A stretch of DNA of 64,000 nt, from contig JAUSCZ010000042.1 in the NCBI GenBank assembly GCA_030674475.1, positions 11,139 to 75,138 of the forward strand, read 5' to 3'. Each line of letters starts with the position of its first letter. The stretch's first letter is position 1. This stretch comes from Candidatus Omnitrophota bacterium (GTDB taxonomy: Bacteria; Omnitrophota; Gorgyraeia; Gygaellales; UBA12090). Shown piece after piece: positions 26,104 through 38,631 of the stretch. A model generated the notes under the pieces. That model had not been told where the DNA came from. It saw only the letters and a program-made list of their open reading frames with translations, and ran no database searches. The translations under genes and the position numbers were made by a program.

Positions 26104-28200
26104 ATGGATTTCTTTAATCTTTCCAGCATTATCAAAAAAGACCCGGATAAGGTCTTTATCGTTAATTATGCCCCGGTTTTTGCCCGGCTTAGCGAGTCCG
26201 AGAAAAATTTGATAATGCAAAAAAGCAAAGTCGTAGAATATGCCAAAGGGGATATTATCTATAGACAAGGAGATATTCCTACCGCTTTCTATTGCGTTAT
26301 CAGCGGCAGAATCAGGGTTTTCATTAAGCCTCCAGACCGGACTGAGGAGACCCTGGAGTATCTTAACTGCGGACGTTACTTTGGGATGATTTCTTCGCTT
26401 TTAGGAGAGAATCATTCGGTAAGCGCCCAGGCGGCTAACGACTCTAAGATTTTAGAGATCACCCCGGAGGATTTTCGCGGCATCTTAAATAACGCCCCGC
26501 GCTTAGCCATTGACATCAGTCACACCTTGTCCCGCCGGCTTAAGAAAAAAGATCAGGCTGAGAAGAAGATTTTTGAAAGCAACATCATCTCGGTTTTCGG
26601 CATATCCGCTAATACCGGATGCGCGGCCTACGCGGCGAATCTGGCCTTAAGCCTGAAGAAGGAAACCAAGAAAGATGTCCTGCTGATAAATGTGGCCTCA
26701 GCTAAAGACCAGCTTTACCGTGATTTTGACTCTGTTGATGGCGCCTCCAGCGGCCCCGGCGGCTTATGGATGGTTAAACTGGATTCTCCGCTTCCCCCGG
26801 AGGAATCTTTAAATAGCGCGATATCGGAAGATGCCTTTTCCGGGGTGAAATTGGTCAACGTTATCTACGACAGTTCAAGCGCTTCTTATGTCAGCAGATT
26901 TAACGCCTTTCTGACCTATTTTACCGGAAGCTATCACTACATAATCGTTCAACTGCCGCCTCTGGTTGAAGACGCGGTTTTTAACGCCCTCAACCAGTCC
27001 GACTCTGTTCATTTGCTGAGTAACTGCGATGCTAACAGTTTAGGGAAGACAAAATCCCTTTTGTTTGATTTATCTCAGAAGGTAAGCTCGGCCCAGGAAA
27101 AAGTAAGCTTGATTCTGGCCCGGCATCAGCAGGGCGGAGAGCCTTCTTGCGAGGAGATCGCCTCTTCTTTAAAGCATAGTATTTATGCATCCTTGCCGGC
27201 CCTGGATGAGGTTTACCGGAAAATAGGCAAGCCAACCAAAAGGATTGTAACCGAGTATATTGAATTAGAGTATTCCCGCTCAGTTCGGAGAATTGCCCGG
27301 GAAATAGGAGGTATTCGGGTGGGCCTGGCCCTGGGCAGCGGGGCGGCCTACGGCCTGGCTCATATCGGGGTAATCAAGGTTTTAGAGAAGGAAAATATCC
27401 AAATAGATATGATTGCCGGCTCTAGTATGGGGGCGCTGGTCGGGGCATTGTGGGCCTCAGGCTTAAACAGCTCGGAAATTCAGAATATGCTGATGGAGTA
27501 TAACAATAACCGCCTTAAGGCCTATGGCCTTTTGATTGACCTCTGCTTTCATAAAATGTCCCTGGCCAAGGGCAATAAAATCCGCAGGTTTTTAGAGAAG
27601 CACATCGGAAATAAAACCTTTCAGGATGTTAAGCTTCCTTTGCGGGTGGTTGCTTGTAATATCACTAAACGCCAGGAGGTTATTTTTAACAGCGGCAGAA
27701 TTGTGGACGCGGTGATGGCTAGTATCGCGATCCCGGCTGTCTTTGCCCCACAGGTTATTGGCGGTGATTTGATTATTGACGGAGGAATAATTGAGCCGGT
27801 GGCAGTGGGAACGCTGGTAAAGATGGGTATAAATAAGATAATCGCGGTGAATGTCCTGCCCAGTCCCGAGAGTATGGCGCGCAGCCATGAGTTCAAACAA
27901 CTGCTGAAACAGAAAGAAAGAGAAAAGGCGGGGAAAGGGAGTTTTCTGGACAAACTTTCTTATCAATTTCAATCCGGTCTTAACCGGATGTTTTTTCCGA
28001 ATATCTTTGATATTATCGTAAATAGTATGCAGACAATGGAATACGCCATTGCCGAGGCCGACTGTCAGAGGGCCGATGTCCTGATCAGTCCGGTAGCCTT
28101 GGGCGTGGAATGGTTTGATTTCTTCAGGATAGAGGAGCTGATCAAGATAGGGGAATATGAGGCAATTAAGTCTCTGGCTAATATCAAGAGTATTTTTTAA
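26104..28200 (+). CDS. Cyclic-nucleotide-binding domain protein fused to a degenerate ParA/MinD-like middle domain and a C-terminal patatin-like phospholipase
   Basis: The N-terminal CAP-type cNMP-binding fold is at ~30-150 aa. The middle region (ISVFGISANTGCAAYAANLALSL) resembles a ParA/CpaE P-loop but lacks the GKT. The C-terminus is patatin: GLALGSGAAYGLAHIGV (GxGxxG), AGSSMGA (GxSxG), IIDGGI (DGG). Confidence 0.8.
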   Translation: MDFFNLSSIIKKDPDKVFIVNYAPVFARLSESEKNLIMQKSKVVEYAKGDIIYRQGDIPTAFYCVISGRIRVFIKPPDRTEETLEYLNCGRYFGMISSLLGENHSVSAQAANDSKILEITPEDFRGILNNAPRLAIDISHTLSRRLKKKDQAEKKIFESNIISVFGISANTGCAAYAANLALSLKKETKKDVLLINVASAKDQLYRDFDSVDGASSGPGGLWMVKLDSPLPPEESLNSAISEDAFSGVKLVNVIYDSSSASYVSRFNAFLTYFTGSYHYIIVQLPPLVEDAVFNALNQSDSVHLLSNCDANSLGKTKSLLFDLSQKVSSAQEKVSLILARHQQGGEPSCEEIASSLKHSIYASLPALDEVYRKIGKPTKRIVTEYIELEYSRSVRRIAREIGGIRVGLALGSGAAYGLAHIGVIKVLEKENIQIDMIAGSSMGALVGALWASGLNSSEIQNMLMEYNNNRLKAYGLLIDLCFHKMSLAKGNKIRRFLEKHIGNKTFQDVKLPLRVVACNITKRQEVIFNSGRIVDAVMASIAIPAVFAPQVIGGDLIIDGGIIEPVAVGTLVKMGINKIIAVNVLPSPESMARSHEFKQLLKQKEREKAGKGSFLDKLSYQFQSGLNRMFFPNIFDIIVNSMQTMEYAIAEADCQRADVLISPVALGVEWFDFFRIEELIKIGEYEAIKSLANIKSIF

Positions 28201-28212
28201 GCTGATAAATGA

Positions 28213-28992
28213 ATGAGAAAGATTGGCGTGGTAATTCTTATCGCGGGCGCTTTTCTTTCATTCCAAACGGTTCTTGGGTTGACAGAATTAAAGCGGTTTT
28301 CTTTTAACCGGGAAAACGCGCTTAAGGAATGGAAGGAAAAGATTTTTCATGGCCGGGTACTTTACGCGGTAACCCCGCGCGATCCAGCGGGGTATCTTAC
28401 GGGAAAAAGCCAGAAAACATCTTCAGGATTATTCTATCTAATTAAATTCAGCCCCAAAAAGTATCCTTACCTGAGCTGGCGCTGGAAGGTGGATAAATTT
28501 CCCTCTAAGAGCCGCGAAAATGACCGGTCCAGGAAATCCTGGATAGAGCGCGACGATTACGCGGTAAGGTTTTATGTGATTTTTCCGGCAATGATTTTTA
28601 CTAATACCCGTTGCCTGGAATATATCTGGTCTGAAGACTTGCCTCAAGGCACTATTTTAACCAGTCCTTTTTTTAAAAATATCAAGCTGATTGTGCTTGA
28701 ATCCGGCAAGGAAAGAATAGGAGAGTGGATACAGGAGGAAAGGAATATCTTTGAGGATTATAAAGCCGCCTTTGGGAGGTTTCCTTCAGGCATTGTCGGG
28801 GCAATTGCCTTAATGACCGATTCGGATAATACCCAGAGTGATGCCGAAGGCGGTTATTCCGATATAAAAGTGGGATATGAAAAAGCCGCTATAGAGCCTA
28901 TTTCGGGAAAAGAAATCGTTAAGGTGAAACCCGGGAAGGCCCCGGAGTTTTTAGACTATTTGAAGAGATTACTGAAAAAAATCCAAAAATAG
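28213..28992 (+). CDS. Secreted DUF3047-like protein
   Basis: Signal peptide MRKIGVVILIAGAFLSFQ. The family assignment is from memory of the ...SWRW... pattern. Confidence 0.5.
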   Translation: MRKIGVVILIAGAFLSFQTVLGLTELKRFSFNRENALKEWKEKIFHGRVLYAVTPRDPAGYLTGKSQKTSSGLFYLIKFSPKKYPYLSWRWKVDKFPSKSRENDRSRKSWIERDDYAVRFYVIFPAMIFTNTRCLEYIWSEDLPQGTILTSPFFKNIKLIVLESGKERIGEWIQEERNIFEDYKAAFGRFPSGIVGAIALMTDSDNTQSDAEGGYSDIKVGYEKAAIEPISGKEIVKVKPGKAPEFLDYLKRLLKKIQK

Positions 28993-29045
28993 GCAGCAAT
29001 CTCTTATAATCCTTAGGATTTATACCTGATGATTATACCAGCGAG

Positions 29046-29471
29046 GTGCAGATGAAAAGAAAAGAGAAGTGCCGCAGGCGTCCGGTTATCGCTAACCGTT
29101 TCCAGCGTAAGATTTTAAACTTAGTATTTTTTTCAACCGTGGTGCCGATGAGCATAGGGGTGATCTGCCTTTATTATTTAATCTTTAGTGTGGTGGCCGG
29201 TGAAATGGGCATACCTGAATCCATCGGTTATACCTTAATCCCTGCCGCGCAAAAGGCCGCGGGTATCGCGATACTAGGGTTTTTGTTTTCGGTATTTATC
29301 CTTTGGGTGTGGGCGCTCAAGGTATCGCATAGGCTGGCCGGACCTTTAGAAAGATTATGCCAGGAGTTGGACGATCGTATTTGCGGAAAGAAAAAAGGAT
29401 ATATATATTTTCGCAAAGGCGATTATCTGGCTATCTTAGCCGGAAGAATCAATGGCCTGCTGGGGAAGTAA
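29046..29471 (+). CDS. Hypothetical small membrane protein (2 TM plus a short HAMP-like helix)
   Basis: Two hydrophobic segments followed by SHRLAGPLERLCQELDDRI. No clear family. Confidence 0.3.
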   Translation: MQMKRKEKCRRRPVIANRFQRKILNLVFFSTVVPMSIGVICLYYLIFSVVAGEMGIPESIGYTLIPAAQKAAGIAILGFLFSVFILWVWALKVSHRLAGPLERLCQELDDRICGKKKGYIYFRKGDYLAILAGRINGLLGK

Positions 29472-29510
29472 ATTTGGGGTAAATTTTTCTTTACCGTATA
29501 GGAAATTCTA

Positions 29511-29580
29511 TCGGATAAGATTCTTCGCAGAGCTCAGAATCAAGTAAAATCTAAGCGCCAGAGGCAGATTTTACTTGACA
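29511..29580. repeat. Approximately 60-70 bp hairpin repeat (aagtaaaatct-N13-agattttactt core)
   Basis: A 60/60 identical reverse-complement copy lies at 37150-37209, followed by a degenerate half-copy at 37210-37250. Confidence 0.85.
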
Positions 29581-29816
29581 AGAGAACACTTCGTGGTATT
29601 ATGTTTTAAGTTAAGCAGTAAGGTGTGGTTGCGCGATAGTAAAATAAAGCAAGGAAGAGAAAGATTGAAGTTTATAGCCGTAAGGAAAAATAAGACAGCA
29701 AAACCAATCCTTACGGTTTTTTCTTTCTATCCCGCATAACCCGCCAGGGATAGATCCTCCCGGTTTATTGAAGGAAGGATCAAAATGTTAAAGGAAAGCG
29801 AGGTGTGTACAAGTAA

Positions 29817-30020
29817 ATGCCAAAAGGTAAAGTAAAATGGTTCAGCAATCAAAAGGGTTTCGGCTTCATTACTCCTGATGATAACGGTAAAGATGTGTTC
29901 GTGCATCATACCGCGATTAAGGGAGACGGCTATAAGTCTTTAGATGAAGGCCAAGCAGTCGAGTTTGAAATCACTCAGGGTCCTAAGGGCGAACAGGCGA
30001 TTAATGTGGCAAAGCTTTAG
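29817..30020 (+). CDS. cspA: Cold-shock protein (CspA family)
   Basis: [32 protein letters not shown] contains the RNP1 and RNP2 motifs. 67 aa. Confidence 0.95.
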   Translation: MPKGKVKWFSNQKGFGFITPDDNGKDVFVHHTAIKGDGYKSLDEGQAVEFEITQGPKGEQAINVAKL

Positions 30021-30209
30021 TTCAGCTTTAAGATTCTGTTGGTAATCTACTAGAGGAATACACTCTTTTTCTTGGCCTGTCTGATTTTGTTAATGGTGGA
30101 TTAGGCAGGCCAAGAAAAAGAATAGTAAGGGTGGTTCTTGTGAATAATAAGAGGCACCCTTGCTTATTAAGGGTTATATTTTTTAAAAAAGAAGGGAGGT
30201 GAATAAGAA

Positions 30210-30578
30210 ATGAAGAAGGCATTTTTGGTATTGGCGGCATTATGTTTTGTTTCTTCCTTAGCCTTTGCTCAAGGGTCTAGCGGTAGTGAAACCGTGATGA
30301 TCAAGGGAGACATTATTGACAATATGTGTTTAGACGCTCATAAGACTGAGGATTTAGCTGCTTTTATAAAGACTCATTCTAAACAGTGCGCTATCACTCC
30401 TGCCTGCGAGGCCAGCGGATACGCGATCGTTGCTGAGGGAATAGTGAATAAATTTGATCAAGACAGTAACGCGAAGATTGCTGAATTCCTGAAAAAAGAA
30501 GACAGTAAACTTCAGGTAGCGGTAACCGCTCAAAAGAGCGGCGAAGTATTAAGTTTAGTTTCGGTAGAGAATCAATAG
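30210..30578 (+). CDS. Secreted hypothetical protein
   Basis: Signal peptide MKKAFLVLAALCFVSSLAFAQG. Good RBS gggaggtg. Followed by a clean terminator. Confidence 0.45.
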   Translation: MKKAFLVLAALCFVSSLAFAQGSSGSETVMIKGDIIDNMCLDAHKTEDLAAFIKTHSKQCAITPACEASGYAIVAEGIVNKFDQDSNAKIAEFLKKEDSKLQVAVTAQKSGEVLSLVSVENQ

Positions 30579-30593
30579 TAGCTATTGTTAAAA

Positions 30594-30632
30594 TAAAACG
30601 GAGGGCGGCTTTCGCGAGCCGCCCTCTTAATT
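30594..30632 (+). terminator. Rho-independent terminator
   Basis: gagggcggctttcgcgagccgccctc stem-loop followed by ttaattc. Confidence 0.6.
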
Positions 30633-30701
30633 CAGCCGTGGACGACGGATTTTCGGTAAATTTTATAATTAAATATTTTCACAAAAAATTTTATTAAAAT
30701 A

Positions 30702-30729
30702 CTTGACAAATAATTTATCTATTGTATAA
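30702..30729 (+). promoter_or_regulatory. Near-consensus sigma70 promoter upstream of the rRNA operon
   Basis: TTGACA at 30702-30707, a 16 nt spacer, then TATAAT at 30724-30729, with an AT-rich UP-like tract upstream. Confidence 0.45.
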
Positions 30730-30999
30730 TAAAAAATTACCAAAAGGAGACAGGAAAACCTGGAGCCAAATAATTTGGTAAAAATAGTGGAAGAAAAAAC
30801 CACAGCAGTTGACAATACCGGATAGATATTGAAGGACGAATAAGCGCCTTTTTAAAGATAGATAAAAGCGCTCATAGATTTGTCTGAGCGCTTTTTTTGT
30901 TTCTTTAGAGAGCTAAAAAGATAAATTTCAATCGTTCTTTGAGAATTAAATAGCCAAGCCCACTCGTCCCGGCATTATGCCGGGCAAAGAGCTTTATTT

Positions 31000-32578
<1,579 letters not shown>

Positions 32579-32799
32579 AAAATTTTTTGGCTGTGCCAAA
32601 GATATTTTAGAATAATGTTTTAGGTTGATAGTCTAAAGCTATTAACTATTTTTAATCAGACTCGCGATAATAGGCTTTATCGTTTGGAGCTTGGCTATTT
32701 TTTATTTAACGCGAATAGACGCGGAAACTACGGGTTCGTGATTCGTGATTAGTGATTCGTGATTCAAGAACGAACCACGATACACGAACAACGAAATGC

Positions 32800-32876
32800 G
32801 GGCCCATAGCTCAGTTGGTTAGAGCACAGCCCTGATAAGACTGGGGTCAGTGGTTCGAATCCACTTGGGCCCACCA
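32800..32876 (+). tRNA. tRNA-Ile (anticodon GAT)
   Basis: gggcccatagctcagttggttagagcacagccctgataagactggggtcagtggttcgaatccacttgggcccacca. Cloverleaf is intact and CCA is encoded. Confidence 0.9.
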
Positions 32877-32989
32877 AATTTTTGCTGTGCGAAAATTTGG
32901 TAGAGCAATTGAAAATTGAACAATAGAACAAATAGAACATAATAGCTTCAGCTGCGTTCTATTTTCTATTGCTCTATTGCTCAAGACTC

Positions 32990-33062
32990 GGGGCAGTAGC
33001 TCAGCTGGGAGAGCGTCTGATTTGCATTCAGAAGGTCGGGAGTTCGAGCCTCCTCTGCTCCA
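32990..33062 (+). tRNA. tRNA-Ala (anticodon TGC)
   Basis: ggggcagtagctcagctgggagagcgtctgatttgcattcagaaggtcgggagttcgagcctcctctgctcca. The G3:U70 identity pair is present. CCA is not encoded. Confidence 0.9.
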
Positions 33063-33303
33063 CTTAAATTTTCCTTGTCGGAAAATTTAAGTGGATACTG
33101 AGCAAGCGTAAGCGGCACGACAGAGTGCCTGAGCTGAGTCGAAGTATCTTCCCCTATAAAATATAATACTAATAGTAAAACATACATTTTCTTCGCGGCC
33201 AGTCCCGCGATTGGATGTTCTTTGACAACTTAATATAATCAAGTAACAAGGAGTCTTTTCGAAAGAGAAGATTCGGGTAACAATTTGCCAAATAGAATTA
33301 AAA

Positions 33304-36288
<2,985 letters not shown>

Positions 36289-36439
36289 TATAACGTATAG
36301 CGTGTAGCGCGCAGCGTATAGGAAACTATCCGCTCAGCGCTGCACGCTAAACGCTAAAACATGATATAGGTTTAGTCTGTTTTATAAATGTTGTAAGTGT
36401 TATTCTGCTTGATTATACAAAGTTGTCTTATGAAAATTC

Positions 36440-36556
36440 GGAGCATTCTTACCGGAGGGGCCACACCCGTTCCCATTCCGAACACGGTAGTTAAGACCTC
36501 CAGGGCCGATGGTACTTTAGTAGTAATGCTATGGGAGAGTAGGACGATGCTCCGGC
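36440..36556 (+). rRNA. rrf: 5S ribosomal RNA
   Basis: ggagcat...ccgaacacggtagttaag...atgctcc terminal helix. About 117 nt. Confidence 0.85.
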
Positions 36557-36562
36557 TTGAAT

Positions 36563-36600
36563 AAAAAAACCCCCCGATATGTTTTCGGGGGGTTTTTTTA
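36563..36600 (+). terminator. Rho-independent terminator of the rRNA operon
   Basis: aaaaaaccccccgatatgttttcggggggttttttta. Confidence 0.8.
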
Positions 36601-36647
36601 TAGATAACAGATAAAACAAGTAACTGCTAAATACTTTAGCTCTTTTT

Positions 36648-37070
36648 ATGTCACCCAAGACCAAATTTATCCGGCTTAAGAAAATATTTGAAATTCTCCA
36701 TGGGCCTAAAGGCTGTCTTTGGGACAAAAAGCAGACCCATAAGACGCTTATCTCTTATCTAAAAGAAGAGACTAAGGAATTGGCGCACGCTTTAAGAAGC
36801 GGGAATTGCTGTCATATAAAAGAAGAACTGGGGGATGTGCTTTTACAGGTGATGCTTCACGCTCAGATTGCTTCTAAGGGGGGAAGCTTTGACATAGAGG
36901 ATGTGCTTGACGGATTAATCAAGAAGATAAAACGGCGTCATCCGCATGTATTTGGAAAAATAAAGGTTAAATCGGTGCGGGAAATTAAGGCTAATTGGGA
37001 AAAAATAAAGATGCGGGAGAAAAAGGACCAAACAAAAAACCCCGACTTCCTCGGGGCTTTTCGCAGGTGA
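36648..37070 (+). CDS. mazG: MazG-family nucleoside triphosphate pyrophosphohydrolase
   Basis: EELGDVLLQVMLHA and RRHPHVFG motifs. The stop lies within the terminator hairpin ccccgacttcctcggggctttt. Confidence 0.85.
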   Translation: MSPKTKFIRLKKIFEILHGPKGCLWDKKQTHKTLISYLKEETKELAHALRSGNCCHIKEELGDVLLQVMLHAQIASKGGSFDIEDVLDGLIKKIKRRHPHVFGKIKVKSVREIKANWEKIKMREKKDQTKNPDFLGAFRR

Positions 37071-37149
37071 TAGGCCTAATTGCTTTCGCTATTATCCGCC
37101 TCCTGTTTATCACTTATCTCTAATTTAAGTTTACCACATTTTTACAAAA

Positions 37150-37270
37150 TGTCAAGTAAAATCTGCCTCTGGCGCTTAGATTTTACTTGATTCTGAGCTC
37201 TGCGAAGAATCTTAAAAGAGAATCTGCCTCTTGAGCGCTAAAGATTTTACTTGCCTGCCTGCCGGCAGGC
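37150..37270. repeat. Composite repeat block: inverted copy of the 60 bp hairpin repeat, a half-copy, and the cctgcctgccggcaggcagg palindrome
   Basis: See 29511-29580 and 24068-24172. Confidence 0.85.
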
Positions 37271-37421
37271 AGGATTCTAAAGCTATGTGAAGAGATCCTT
37301 CGCAACCAGAAGAAATAGAGGATTGCTCAGGATTAATTCGCTTAGTAGAACTTCCGCAAGATTAGAGAATGAGGGCGAATTAAATCTTATCAAATATAAT
37401 TTTCTATGCTATCAAGGGTAG

Positions 37422-37910
37422 ATGATAAAAATAAATAATAAGCTCATTAAACAGGTGGCGCGCAAGGCTAAAATAGCTCCCCGTAAAAGGATTAATTATA
37501 ATTTTCATCAAGATTATAATGAGGGCATCCAGCGTATTTTAAACGCGGCAGATACTCAAACCTATGTCCGTCCTCATAAGCACGAGGCTCCGGATAAGAC
37601 CGAAATATTCATTATTCTCAAGGGAAGAGTTTTGTGCGTGGAGTTTGATGATGCCGGAAAGATTACAGACCACCTTTTTTTAGACGCCGTAAAGGGTAAT
37701 TTCGGAGTTGAGATTAAGCCCGGCACCTGGCATTCTTTTATCAGCTTAAAAAATGGTTCCTGCGTGTATGAGATAAAGGAAGGGCCGTATGATTCTAAAG
37801 TGGATAAGCAATTCGCCCCCTGGTCGCCCAGCGAAGATGACCTAGAGGCCGGCCGGCGTTTTAACCGGAAGATTGTTACTCAGTTAAAGAGCAAAACTGC
37901 TTCGCGGTAA
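37422..37910 (+). CDS. WbuC-family cupin-fold metalloprotein
   Basis: YVRPHKHEAPDKTEIFIILKGR...GTWHSF...FAPWSPSE matches the WbuC cupin pattern. Confidence 0.75.
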   Translation: MIKINNKLIKQVARKAKIAPRKRINYNFHQDYNEGIQRILNAADTQTYVRPHKHEAPDKTEIFIILKGRVLCVEFDDAGKITDHLFLDAVKGNFGVEIKPGTWHSFISLKNGSCVYEIKEGPYDSKVDKQFAPWSPSEDDLEAGRRFNRKIVTQLKSKTASR

Positions 37911-38028
37911 AAATATTGTTTACAACTTATTGAAAACGGTATATAATTTATTTTAATAATCGGGAAAAACACAAAATAAATGTTTTGTCATTTGGGTTTT
38001 GTCATTTGAATTTAACATAGGAGGATTG

Positions 38029-38508
38029 ATGAAAAGAAATTTTTTTCGCGGAACTTTCATTGTCGTAGGCATATTTTTAATTTCCGGATGCAGCCAACAG
38101 GCCCAGAAGCCGGCTGATACCGTTATTCCGTCTCAAGAAGGAGCGCTTTCCAATACTACAACCGGTTCTCTTTCAGCTCAGCCGAAGGATTTGGTAATTG
38201 AAACTCAGCCGATTCAGGTTCCGGCGGCACCCTTGGGCGGACTTGAGGTTAAGCCGCAGGTTGAATACGCGGGCGCTGAGGAGTTGGGTGACCTGTTTGT
38301 TAAGCCGACTGAAAAAGAAATTCAACAGGCCCTGAAGAACGCCGGCCTTTATGATGGGGAAGTAGATGGTAAAATCGGCCCCAGAAGTAAAAGGGCCATT
38401 GAGGAATTTCAGGCCCAGAATAATTTAAAGGCTGACGGTAAAGTCGGTTCTAAAACCTGGCAGAAGCTGAAAGAGCATCTTAACGCGGAGCCCATGGCCG
38501 CGGAGTAA
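38029..38508 (+). CDS. Lipoprotein with a C-terminal peptidoglycan-binding (PG_binding_1) domain
   Basis: Lipobox FLISGC. C-terminal LYDGEVDGKIGPRSKRAIEEFQAQNNLKADGKVGSKTWQKL. AGGAGG RBS. A tandem ttttgtcatttg direct repeat lies upstream at 37982-38010. The six-frame ORF starts at 37999. Confidence 0.7.
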   Translation: MKRNFFRGTFIVVGIFLISGCSQQAQKPADTVIPSQEGALSNTTTGSLSAQPKDLVIETQPIQVPAAPLGGLEVKPQVEYAGAEELGDLFVKPTEKEIQQALKNAGLYDGEVDGKIGPRSKRAIEEFQAQNNLKADGKVGSKTWQKLKEHLNAEPMAAE

Positions 38509-38631
38509 GTCAAATTTTTCAGGTAAGGTAATTTAAGAAGGCCGTGTTTAAAAGGAGAAAGTATCCTTTAAGGCGCGGCCTTTGTTTTGCGCTGGACAGC
38601 CTGAGCTGGCTAATGTATAATCCATTACAGA

